Assembly: GCF_036321535.1 (NCBI RefSeq)
Contig: NC_087437.1
Span: 89,344,001 to 89,408,000, forward strand
Direction: 5' to 3'
DNA from: Camelus dromedarius
Lineage: Eukaryota
Length of the DNA: 64,000 nucleotides
The position numbers and the translations under genes were made by a program. The notes under the pieces are model-generated. The model was not told the origin of the DNA and did not search any database. It was given only the letters and a program-made list of their open reading frames with translations. This document shows, piece by piece, positions 52,405 through 64,000 of this stretch; the first letter of the stretch is position 1, and the number at the start of each line of letters is the position of its first letter.

Positions 52405-52720
52405 TGTTCAACCTATGTGTATCTTTGAATCTAAAGTGTGTCTTCTGTAGAAGGCATATAGTTAGATCTTGTGTTTTTTTCTTTTTTTAACCAGTTGGAC
52501 AACCTCTGCCTTTTGATCAGTTTGTTTTATTAATTCACATATGTTATTGATATAGTTGGATTTAGGTCTGCCATCATGCTTTTTTGTTCTATATGTCTCA
52601 TTACTAATTTGTTCCTCTTTTCCCCCTTTACTAAGTTCTATTAAGTGGATATTTTCTAGAGTAATACTTTAATTTCTGTAATAATTCCTGTGTATTTTAT
52701 TTTCTTAGTAGTTGCTTTAT
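52405..52720 (-). mobile_element. Old L1 ORF2 5'/inter-ORF fragment
   Basis: ttcaacctatgtgtatctttgaatctaaagtgtgtcttctgtagaaggcatatagttagatcttg matches the antisense L1 endonuclease start. Confidence 0.75.
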
Positions 52721-53199
52721 GGTCTAAAAAGTATGGCATACTAAATTAAATGACAGAACCTGCTATAGAAAATAAAATAATCCTCCAAAATACTTTTTAC
52801 TCACATAACTTAATATGGATTTTTATCTGGCAGCTCTTAATGGAGTGATTCAGGAATGTAGATTTCTTCCATCTCGTGGCTCCTTTATCTGCAGGGCTTC
52901 ATAATCCTTTGGTTTTAGCCAATGGGTAAGAAGAGATAGTATAAGGAAAGTCCACTTGCCTCTAAGCCACTTGGGCTCAGAAGTAATGCTGATCATTTAG
53001 ACACATAACCCATGGAAATAAATGATCACATCCCTTCCCCATCTGCTAATGCAAGAAATTTTAAAGTATAGTACCAGACCGAGCAGTCAAAGCACCATCT
53101 CTGCATGGTAAGAGTCTCTGAATCTTCAGTGCAGTGGTTCCTGCTGTATGAGGATTCAGGCTAGGAAAATACTCTGCATTCTAAGTCATCAAATTCAAC

Positions 53200-53745
53200 C
53201 AGCCTAGATTATCAGAGAGGTAGAGAACAGACTGAAAATGTGTTCATGGAGCTAGAATCAATAGATTTGCTGTAAGGATATGAGCAACACTGTAGATGGT
53301 AATCTTATTTACTGACATAAAAAAAAAAGGAGGTTTGAAGAAAGAATCAATGTGTTTTTGACATACTAATTCTGAGGTGTTAATTAGATATCCAAATGAA
53401 AACATAAAGCAGGTATTCTGTTATATGTATCTTGAGTTCAGTGAAGAGGTAGAGTCTAGGTATATACACTTGAAAATCATGGGCATAGAGATTGTATTTA
53501 AAAGCCATAAACAGGATTTTTTAGGGGAAATGTACAGATAAAAAGAAGACAAGAACTGAGCCCCACTGGCTAACCAATATCTAGAAGATAGAGAAGATTG
53601 AGGAAGTAAAAGAGACTAAGAAGCAGCTGACACTGTAGTAGAGGGAACACCTTAAATAAGTGTTGTCATGAAACCCAAGGGAAGATAGCATTACTAGAAG
53701 AGTGATGGACTGTGCCAAATATTTCTGACTCTTGAAATAAGATAA
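53200..53745 (-). mobile_element. L2 fragment
   Basis: tttttgacatactaattctgaggtgttaattagatatcca...gaactgagcccc...gtcatgaaacccaagggaaga are L2 motifs. Confidence 0.6.
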
Positions 53746-53749
53746 ACAA

Positions 53750-54055
53750 TGTTACCAAGGTCACTTGGGACCTGTTATTTCACTTGGTCCAGGTGTTACA
53801 CCTGCTTTAACAAATAGAATGGGAAAGAAGTAACGTTATAGGCTTTCCAAAGATAAGTCACAATACATACGTGAACAAGCATGATTCTGGCCTCTAGCCT
53901 TCATGTTCCATACATTAGGGAGGAGTGACAAGCCTTCCTTGCAGTACTATTTCCACATTCAAGACCCTCAGGATCTGTAACATAATAAACAGCTGTTTTA
54001 CTCCATTAAGTTAAGTTTTGTGGTGCTATGTTTTGCAGACATAGTAACTAGAGTA
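53750..54055 (+). mobile_element. MaLR LTR fragment (MLT1-type)
   Basis: ggatctgtaacataataaacagctgttttactccattaag...ttttgtggtgctatgttttgcagacatagtaactagagta resembles an MLT1 3' end. Confidence 0.55.
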
Positions 54056-54866
54056 TAGAACTAGAATTCAAGGAATAACCAAGAGGTAAACAGGGCTGGG
54101 GAGAAGGGACAAAGAAGAGCATGTTACTAGAAGATGGCAAAGTGGAGAGGGCTTGGAAGGCCTTTGTCAAAACTGGCTTTTACTCTGAGATGGGAGCCTT
54201 TGATGGGTTCTGAACAGAAAAGTAGCATGATCTATGACCAAGTTATGTATTTGCTTAAAAAAAAACCTATTTTCTGCTTCTTGAGATGGGAAATTTTTGA
54301 CATTCTTTGTTATAAACCCATCCTGTTGCAGTAACTTCTTACTTAGTAGTAACTTCCTACCTTAGTTTCCTGAAAACATAACTTTGGTAGCAAAGAAACC
54401 ATAAAATACAGTAAGCAATTCTGTATTACTTTCACTTCAGTTTTCTTCTTTGAAGGAAGTTATTTATGGAAAACTACTAAGGAAGACGTTCACCTAGATG
54501 GCATTCTTAGTATTTATCTATCTCTGCTTCTAATTATGCCAAAAATTGAGTGAATATTCTGGCTATATTGCAGATTTTTATCTAAATTAAATATTCAATA
54601 AGGAAAACAAATCTTTCAGAATTTCATGGGTCTCTTGAAGTCCAGCTCAAATGTTCTGCTCCAACACTGCATGTCTGCATGAACAATGCCCAAGCAATCG
54701 GTTAAAAATATTGGGAGCATGCTACCCTGAAGTCTGGTTTAGAGATGCTTCTAGTTGGTAATGGTTCATCTGCAAGAGAATATATGTTTTTCTCATGAGA
54801 AATGGTATACTATCATATTTGTGGTTTTATCAAAAAGTCTTTTTACGAACTGTATTATTTTTTCAG

Positions 54867-54957
54867 AGATGACAAGATCTAAAGTTGCCGTAACTACAAA
54901 TATTGACTTCAATGATATTTTCTAAATTACTTGTGTTTCAGTTCTCTTACGAAACTC
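54867..54957 (+). pseudogene. Candidate exon 3 of decayed BPI/LBP-fold gene (weak)
   Basis: Acceptor tattattttttcag|. Translates as (E)MTRSKVAVTTNIDFNDIF*ITCVSVLLRN. Weak donor tc|gtaaaa in phase 2, matching the next exon. Confidence 0.28.
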
Positions 54958-57900
54958 GTAAAATGTATAAAATACTTTTAATGAAGAGGGACGATCTCAA
55001 TACAACGTACTCTACCCATGAGGCCTGAAAAGTAGTTAGATTTTAGGGGCATAAAATGTTTAATAAAATTTGAATTTCAAGAGACTCTATTTTTTCCTTT
55101 TGATAACAAACTAATTGTACCATCATGCAGCAGTTGGGGAAAAAAAAAATCCACCCTAAAAGTCAAACAGCAAGCACATGATGGCATGTTTGATTTGTGT
55201 TTATATTTTTAAATGATAACTATTTTATTTTGATGCTTACTGTACTTAGTGTGGCTAATAATTAACTTACAATAAAAATGAGTATTTCACAATGTGCATC
55301 TATTACATATTTATATCACTGGATACAATCAATAGATTTTTTTCCACAACTACAGATTTAATCAACACAGTTCAGAAAGTGAAGTCAAAACTCATGATTC
55401 CTATCTCTAAATGATACCATGGAGGCTCTACAAATTGTATCACCTGTCTCATCTTTACCACCTATGAGGTTTGATTGCTACAGTTATTTTAATATAACAT
55501 TATTTTATTATAACAATATGGGAAACATCAGATAATACATATAAATCAGGTCTTCTCATTAGAGGAAAAGTACCAGAGTAGGTAATAAATTAAATTGTTT
55601 CTCTGTTAGGCAGAGAATTTCGTTGTCTGACTTACATTTTTTTTCAATGTTTTCAGGTTGACCTTAGAAACTTCCAGATGAAAGGTGAAGTTTGACATTT
55701 TTTGCTAACATTCATTATTCAAATTTACCTCTGGGTTAGCTCATATAAGGATTATAGGCTGTAATGAAATAATCCCTTGCAGCCGACCCAATTTCTTAAT
55801 AATTTCAGAAATGACCTTGAAGATCTAGACAAAATTATTACAAAATATTGATTTGTCAAAAAAATTGGTATCAGACTAGCTGGGACACATTTATACCACT
55901 TAAAAATGTGACTAAAGATCTCCCTGAAAGTCCAAGAACTGAGTCCTAATGTAATGCAGTATGAATAAGATAGAGCGCCTTTGGTTTTCTGCCTTCCACA
56001 GTTGATGAAGAAAAACTAAACTTGTTTGAAGTAAAGTTATTAAAATATTGACTTGGTTTTATGAAAACAACTGTTCTACTGTCCCTCCAAGGAGGTTTTA
56101 CTGAATTTTATTTCTTGTTCATATATTTGGATTGTCTCTAATCAGTGACATCCTTCTCCTTTGTTTTAAACATCAGTGCTTCAGCAAGAGAAACCTTTAA
56201 GCCAAATGGAATAGAATTTGAGGTTCACCTTTTCATTCATCAGTTAAATCTAGTTATTAATTATTTTAGAGTGTATAGCTATTTTACAATATGTAAAATG
56301 CATATACATTTATGAATATAATGTATATTACGTGTATAGTTACATCTCAGTACTCTGCCATGCTAGATGAAAACAGCAGTACAGATATTAAAACAATTGT
56401 GAATGCAATGGAATTATATCTGATGACGTGAGAAGCAAAGGGGGAAAGTACAGTGAGAAGGATGAGTAACAATTTGCACCAGAAATGAGGGAAATACTGG
56501 AGAAACAGAACAACAAGGAGCAAAACATTTACTTAGTTTGTGAGGAATTGACTTTCTATTCTACCACTGCAGCTCCAGCATGAGCATTTTCCCTCACATT
56601 AAGTCGAGTGCAATACATTTTCTTTAAATGATTGATTTTACATTTCTAACTCCATTCCTGAAAAGCCATAGACCATAATGACAGTTTTAGGAAGGTTTTG
56701 AGCTTAACTGGATCAGGTGGAAGTTCAATTCATTATCTCATACTGTGAGTGTATTTCATTGCAGTTTATATCTACTTACTATTTTTGCTCTCCAAATTCA
56801 GATTTTCAGGATTTGGGGAGATTGCTGAGCACAGTTTCTTTTACCCTAAAGAAATGGAGACTGGAAAATAAGCATCAAGAAATACTAAGATAAATGATGG
56901 GAGGAGGGGGCAAAGGAGGATGGAGAGCAGAAAAGAATGATGTAGCTCTTAGCTGAAAGGAGCATCAGGAAGTAGATAATAAGGGAAAGAGGAGAGGGGA
57001 CCTTAGGTAAAGGTTTACTTATGAGAAAATGTGAAGAGAAAGAGGAATAATAATGAAACAGGGTGTTCTGCACCATAATTGGTTTAGGGGAAGGGTTTGC
57101 AAAGGCCAGAGGAGGATTTAGTTGAGAAAAAAATGAAAGATCAGAGGAAAAGTGAAGAGAACAGAGGAAAAACAGGTAGCTTTTTTCATAACTTCTTTAA
57201 GAATATTCTTTGTTCAAAGTCATATTCAGAATGAATGACTATGTCTATCTATAATAATCCATATAGATTTATGGTTTATAAACTCCATAGTGGCAAAGAA
57301 CTTAACAAACCTTTTAATCAACATGAAATGCAATTAATGCACTTTGTGTAAGATTGGATGGCATGAGCTATTTGCTGTAGTAATCTAGATTATGTAGAAG
57401 CAGAAGACTGAGGGCTGTCAATAAGTAAAGCAAGAAATATAAATCAGTGACTTCTTTAGTTAAGACAGCAGAGTGCTATAACCATTGACACCTCCATTTG
57501 GTTGATTAAAAAGTATGATCACTTTGTATTGTCTCCTTTGTACCGTATATTTTTGCATATGTAAACATATCCATACAATTGATGTGAAAAAGTAATGTGA
57601 AAACCAAATCTGGTCATCATTCACCATTTACTGGTCAATTATTATATTCAACATAATTCAAATGTTAAAGGAACAATTATGGTCATTTCATTTAACATGA
57701 ACTTAAATTTGGTCATGATTACAGGCAGAAAAAAAGTACTTTGCTTTAAAAACTAGAGGTAATTAGGGAAGAATTACTTTTAATTAAATAAATAGGCATA
57801 TATTTCTGTAAGGAGATTTGTATGTGTTGTTTAAGCAGCTAAAAAAACCGAAAAGAAGCTGCAACCAGCTCAACAGTAGTCATGTGACAGCACAGGCCAG

Positions 57901-58538
57901 TAGATGTTAAGATCATCTTAGTCAGGAAGAAAAAGAAACAATGGTGTTTAGGAAGGAAATGGCATTACTAACAAGTAGATTTAAGCCATGCAAAGCTGAA
58001 TAGTGCCAGAACCAAGACTGTGGAAGATATATTTGGATATATATATGACAAGAGAGAGAGCATACTATTATCAATTTGATACAGACTCCTAGAATCTATG
58101 CAAAGAAGAGATTCTTTCTCTACATAAGTCCTATTCCGTCTCAATACAGAAAATTCTTCTACAAAAAGATTATTGGACAGTTCCATTACTGGGAAGCTTT
58201 TATAACTACAAGCTAAAATAAAAACACTGCATTTTTAAGACTTCACTTCAATTTTACTATATGAACCATTAGAAGGAATAACTAGTTTCTTGTTCAAATA
58301 GCAGAAATTTATAATTTTGAAGAGAATGATATACATTAACCCCTTTTTCTCAACAAAGTTTACCTACTTGTAAATCACATTACATTGTTTCCATCCTTTA
58401 CCATAGGCTTTGGCATGCTTTAGTTTGAAATGTTTTTCCTCAAGGTATGTATTAGAATGAAATTCCTTCTAGGAAACACCCTTGTTTTTATGTACTATGC
58501 AAACAAACAGAAAAAGACTTTAAATTTTACTTCCTAAG

Positions 58539-58724
58539 GAGGTTTAGTCATCAATCATTGATGCCAAATGTTATTTGGGACATACGGTCCACTGGTGGAA
58601 CGGCTTCTGTCAGGGGTTTGGCAAATGCTGAATAAAGAAGCAGCGTGGCTTTCAGTTTCCCACTGTGGGATTCTGGTAGTTTCAATTTGAGTTTACAGAA
58701 TATCAGACTCACTCCAACTTGAGT
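58539..58724 (+). pseudogene. Candidate exon 4 of decayed BPI/LBP-fold gene
   Basis: ttttacttcctaag| ... |gtaagt, 186 nt, phase 2-2. Translates as RFSHQSLMPNVIWDIRSTGGTASVRGLANAE*RSSVAFSFPLWDSGSFNLSLQNIRLTPT*, like family segments ...VPNVGL...ISGKW...SGxFDLSxxGxxI. Confidence 0.6.
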
Positions 58725-59644
58725 GTAAGTGCAAAATGTAGGTAATCTTTGCCTTTTTTGCTATGTTTGTTTATGTATTAATATAGAAGCAAAAATTACC
58801 TGCATATATTGATACATTCATATATCTTTATCTACTTTATCATACCATAAAATTAAATGACAATTAAATTTTTGAGTAAAATAAATTCATAAGGATAAAA
58901 GTTATGCTTATATGGTATCTGTAGTAAACTAGAATAATATGTTTATACTCATATGACAAAGAAAATAAAACAACTTTGACATGTCAGTCAGAGAAACTGA
59001 CAAACTAGGAAAGGTAGAAGATAGTCAAAGGAGAGTCAGTCCAGGTTATTTTGTAGCACTTCATTAAAAAATTACTTTGAATGACTTCACTAGTGAATAA
59101 TCATCATGTCACTTACTGCTGAGTGACCTTGAGCAGTTCACATAGCCTCTTTGATCTCAGTCTCTGTGTCTCTAAAATTAAGAACAACCGAGTTTGACAA
59201 ACTCCACTGTTTTTCACTGTCCCCCAAATGTCTGCATTTTATGGTCTGAAAATGTACTGATAAATTTATTATCATTTGCTGAGTTTTTATAAAAATTAAT
59301 ATATACTTGCTATTGCACAAAGACATGGGAATGCCTATTTAACAATAATGAAACATTGCAAAGATAGTCACAGTATAGGAGAAATAAGAGTAAGATCGAG
59401 GGTGAAATAAAAAGAAAGGTTATATTAAGGAAACATTACTAAACCTTGGCTAAAATATGTTCATATATCTTCATGTTAACCTTGAACACCTATTTTATTA
59501 CTAAACTTTAATAAAAAACTTGATTTCTTCAAGAATAGACATGTATTAGCTTTACTTGGATTACTTATTACAGTGGCAGTGCACAATAGAAGCTCAAGAA
59601 TTTTTTCTTGAAATTTTGCACCTTTTGCTACCCGTTAGAAAGTA

Positions 59645-59885
59645 ATATATGATATAGCATGGTGGTTAAGAGTATGGATTTTAGAGGCATATTAACTAAA
59701 TCCAAACTTTGGCTCTTATACTTGCTACTTGTATGGCTCAGGGAAGTGATATGAGCTCCTTGTGACTCAGTTTCTTAACATACCTTTTGTGAGAGTAAAT
59801 ATGGGTTGTATGTGCAAAGAGCATAGAATAGTGCCTGGCACAGAGTGAGTTACTATAAAAGTGCTGGCTGTTAGAACATCATAAT
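59645..59885 (+). mobile_element. MIR SINE
   Basis: atagcatggtggttaagagtatggatttt...gactcagtttc...tagaatagtgcctggcacagagtgag. Confidence 0.8.
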
Positions 59886-62459
59886 TGCTATTTTTTTCTT
59901 AAAACACTTTTTCTGACTATTTGAATATAGAAGGCTATATTCAATTAGAATTTTTCCTGCCTAAAACCTTACATATTTAGGCTATGGATTTAGGTATAAT
60001 GAGGTTTTTGTTTTAATGAGAATGGCCAGGATAAAAGGAAATTTACACTTAACTAAGCATATATCGTAAAATGTACCTACTACCTCATTTCAAACAGAAG
60101 AAGGAAGAGCAGAATAGATTCCTCAAGAATCTGTTTACAATAAATGAAAACTTTATAACGAGAGGTAAAAACCTCCATGTTTCAGAAGTGGAATAAGGCA
60201 TTTAATCTGCCCATGGAAAAATACATTAAGTGTCTATGTGCATGATCCTGAACATCATATTCTATAAATATGAAACTGTCCCTGCCCTCAAAGAGAGGTC
60301 ATGGAGAGAGGGCTTAAGAAAAGCACCAGACAGCACATAAGAGAGGTGACATTTAGTAGGGCAATGCAAGATGGATGCAATAGATGGAGATGAACATCCC
60401 AGGCAGAAGGAATAGTCTAAGGAAAGGCAGAGAAGAAAACGGGTGATATGAAGTTGAAAATAATTAGAGGGCATTGAATTCTCATGAGTGACAGTGAAGT
60501 AAATTCACAAATAAGTTTTCCTTGATGAAAGAAGTATTTAAACATAACTATAGTTAATGAATTTCTATTTTTTCTCTTACTGAGAATACTAACTCATATT
60601 GCACTTTAATAGAATCACTTCACTTAAATGCTAATTAATACAGAGGGAAAAAAAACTCACGAAACCCTTTGGTTTAGACTCTAGTTTAAAAAGAATTGAT
60701 ATCTCTTGAGTTAATGGTCTCATTAAAAAATAAATACATTTTCAGCAAGAGTAAAGCAAGCTCTATATTTAGGTTAAAGTAAAGGATAGATTAAACACAC
60801 AGAGAAGACTAAGTTTAGAAATAATTTTTTAACTGTATAGTGCAGTACAGTCCGTTGTAGTAGTAGTATGGAGTTATTTTAGAAAAAGTAACTCAACCAG
60901 TTTTGTTTAAACCCTTTCATTACTAACAGTAAAAGAAAAAGAATCAATGTAAGTAAAATAGTATGCCTTGAATTCAAAGGTATCTTTTTTTCTTTTTAGG
61001 ATATTCTTTTACTGCTAAGCAATCTAGTAAAACATAGCATCTGAAAAAAATATTAATGAAGCACTTCAAATCTTTTGTAAGGAAATCAGGAAGTGGGAGG
61101 AAAAAGAAGAGAAAGAGAGGAAGGAAAAAGAAATGAAAGAGGTTTCATAAATATTCTCCTTGGAAGATTACTTGCTCCAGTGGTTTTAATGGGCATTTTA
61201 AAGGAAACTGGTGGTCTTGTTCTCTTACTAAAAAATTCAAGGCCACTGAGAAAAAGATACCTTTTCCCATGGAAACGAGCAATTTCATGAACCTTCTAGA
61301 GAGCATCTGGTCACCACTAATCTAGTGACTTAATCCTCTCCTTTGGGTCTCTTATTCTATTTCAGGTTATCTATCCTTTGCCTCCAGGCAGGACTACAAC
61401 TAAGCCATGGAAGACAGATGGGTCTCTAGCCTAGTCAAGATTTCTAGGGAAGTCATTTTCACAGCCTCTCAACATAAATCAAAATAACCAGCCCCAGAAT
61501 CTAGGAGGAATAACAAATTATCCCAAGTAGGCAAAAGGTATTGGTCCAGAAACACAAATGAAATGCCTTGCATACTATCTAAGGCTCTTTACAGGTATGG
61601 ACCTAGGCTCTTTTCTTTTTGAAGAGTCTTTGTTACAATCTTTTTAAAGCCTTAAAGTCATAATGGCGATTTCCCCTTTGCCTCAATCAATTCAATCCTC
61701 AAAATATTTGAAAACTGTATTTTCTAAACTTAACAATGTGAAATTTTAAAAAGGGAAAACACAGCCCCCACAAAATAAAACTTAAATAAAGTATAGGAAA
61801 ATCCAACCTGCTTAACTTTTAAGATGTCCCATCATTTTGCCTTTTCCCATCATCAGGTTTTACAGCTAGTTTAGCATTTTTATACTTCACAATTCCCTGT
61901 CAACACTGACTTCTTCTGGTGCACCAAACATAAAGATCCATTAGTCCCAGGCTTTGTAGGCATATACCTTTTATACCACACAGTATCCCCATTCTTTATC
62001 ATCATGCCTAAATCCAACACATCATAAAAGTCTCACGAAAAATGACTCATGCAAGATGATGCCTCCTTCTACAGACTGAAAACAATGATAGGAGGGTTTA
62101 TTAAACTATATAATTATTTATCAACTAATTAACAAAGTCCAAGTAATATGAGAATTATAATGTATAAACTATGATTTGTTCCAAAAAACATTCAATGAAC
62201 TAAGTATTATTATCCCTAATCTAAAAGTGGAAAAAAAAAAAAAACAACCTAAGATGAATAGGAATAATAACATTTACCAATAATTTACTTGGCTCTTAGT
62301 ATGTCTGAGGCACTGTTATAACATAATTTATCTTTTTTCTATTACAGTAAGCTGTTATTTAACAAAATAGATAGATTAGTAGTGAACAAGTATTTTCAAA
62401 GTAGTGTTTGATTTTTCACTGTTTGGTTTGACATTGTGAAAAGTTCCCTTTAATTTCAG

Positions 62460-62578
62460 GAAACTTACCAGATCACGATGACAATGAAATTTTCTCCTCA
62501 GAGTGAAACAGTGTTCTCTGAAAAAGATGAACAGTGTGGAGTAGTGATTCATACTTAGAACTACTGACTGAATTTTTA
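62460..62578 (+). pseudogene. Candidate exon 5 of decayed BPI/LBP-fold gene
   Basis: ttccctttaatttcag| ... a|gtaaat, 119 nt, phase 2-1. Translates as KLTRSR*Q*NFLLRVKQCSLKKMNSVE**FILRTTD*IF, containing the first Cys of the family disulfide and a TGA at the expected Trp. Confidence 0.55.
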
Positions 62579-62659
62579 GTAAATATTAATATTATATTGA
62601 AACTTCTAAACAATAAAAGAAGAATGCTGATCTTGGTGGTAAACAGTGTCATGATTCAA

Positions 62660-62832
62660 GAGGAAGAAAATGAAAAGGCTGGGAGAACTTTTGGAGGCAA
62701 TGGATATATTTATTGTATGCATTGTGGTGATGGTTTCATGGATGTCAGCTTCTCTCCAAATTCATCAAATTGTGTACATTAAATACATACAGCTCTTTGT
62801 GTCTCAGTCATACTTAAAAGTGGCTTAAAAAA
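62660..62832 (+). mobile_element. L1M 3'-end fragment
   Basis: gaacttttggaggcaatggatatatttatt...attgtggtgatggtttcatggatgt...caaattgtgtacattaaata. Confidence 0.8.
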
Positions 62833-63392
62833 GATAGCTGTTGAAAAGTCTCATAATCTCTGTACCTGACTTTATTACCTCTGAACACTATATGTATATT
62901 CCTAATTATACATATGGAGTTCCCAATTATCAAGGTGGAGTTACTATTTGATGAATCAATCTCGTTTTTAAAGTTGTACATTCATTATGATTAAACTAAT
63001 GGACCTGCAAGACCCAGACTGTCTCCCATTCAATTTCAGATTATTACTTTACTGTAGTTTAGTAAATTCTTACCAATTATATAATGCTTTTACAGCCCTA
63101 CAGTGGAAACTGATTATTGATAATGCAATAAACACAGAACAAGTAATTACCTTTGGGGGGGAAAAAGTCTATCGTTTGTTCTTGTCTTCATACAAAAGTT
63201 GATGTGTGTATCATTTTCAGTCTTACTCTCTATTTCAGTTCTCATCCATAACTTATATCCATAGATCTGTAATAAAAAAAATCACTAAAATAAGGACAAA
63301 TAACAGCAAATAGCTGACACTTAGCAGTATCAGAATTTTTAACCATAGGTAAAAGGTTTATATTCTTGCTGCTGCTATAAAATTTTCTACAG

Positions 63393-63574
63393 ATTTCAGA
63401 ATAAGTGAGATTTTAGATACAAAAAAACTGTGTTCAAGTGTCAGTTTAATTTGATGTATATTTTGAAAAAAAAAGCACAAGAATTCTTCACGTCCTAGTT
63501 CAAATAGATTTTGAACAGATTCTTTATCAAGACTGTTACTATCTTCATAAAGGAAACAATACAGACTGTACAAC
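63393..63574 (+). pseudogene. Candidate exon 6 of decayed BPI/LBP-fold gene
   Basis: aattttctacag| ... ac|gtaagt. Translates as (N)FRISEILDTKKLCSSVSL, then a 1-nt frameshift, then FDVYFEKKSTRILHVLVQIDFEQILYQDCYYLHKGNNTDCT. Contains the second disulfide Cys and an LxVxxxID motif. Confidence 0.58.
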
Positions 63575-64000
63575 GTAAGTTTCCAACATTATTTTACAGA
63601 TTTTTACTTACGTAAGCAAAATTTTTTACAATTTAAAAATGATTCTTTCTTCATACTTGCTATTACCTAAATGATCCATGCTCCCCGATATTGCCTCGTT
63701 ACTGCCTTCTTAATAAATAAACTGTTGTTGAGATAAATAGACATCCACCTCTGATTGATTAGGAAACATTTTTAAAGTGATTTTACATAGGCATTTTTTC
63801 TTCTCCAGAATATCTTAGCAAAATCAAAGAGGAACTCTTTCTTTTATCCAAGCTTTGAGTAAGCAATGTAAACTAACCTTATATTGTAGAAAAACTTTTT
63901 CTCTCATTAAGCCCCTGCTAAGAATTCTGTATTAAAAAGAAAAGCCTCACTCTAGGGATGGCTGGATTTCTGCTGAATATGATGCATTTTCTTCCTTGGA

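Noticed and set aside
61000..61076. Exon-like segment with strong acceptor (tttttctttttag) and gtaagg donor between candidate exons 4 and 5
   Set aside because: Stops occur in all three frames, there is no family similarity, and exons 4 and 5 already join in phase without it.
63358..63573. 71-aa minus-strand ORF
   Set aside because: Better explained as the antisense shadow of plus-strand candidate exon 6. It has no real ATG start or splice support.
1..64000. Prokaryotic systems (CRISPR arrays, operons, IS elements)
   Set aside because: The sequence is clearly mammalian repeat-rich DNA. No repeat-spacer array or dense coding is visible.

Overview
Eukaryotic (mammalian) AT-rich genomic DNA, probably camelid, based on two Vic-1-like tRNA-derived SINEs. 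I found no intact protein-coding gene. The ORF track is almost entirely L1 debris, antisense L1 frames or chance ORFs. About 40% of the window is LINE-1. There are three roughly full-length, decayed minus-strand L1s (~8.4-14.9, ~20.4-30.4 and ~42.5-50.3 kb), two of them with nested younger L1s, plus L2, MIR, MaLR LTR and Tigger/MER DNA-transposon relics. Two things stand out. (1) Six plus-strand exon-like segments between 34.6 kb and the right edge join with mostly concordant splice phases. They translate, with stops and frameshifts, into a signal peptide plus what looks like an N-terminal BPI/LBP/PLTP/CETP (TULIP) lipid-binding domain. This is a candidate unannotated, decayed, intron-containing gene. 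The family assignment is by eye and needs an HMM check. (2) A TSD-flanked ~3.05-kb L1 derivative at 23.2-26.2 kb has a full 5'UTR, ORF1, the ORF2 tail and poly(A), but lacks nearly all of ORF2 (HAL1-like).
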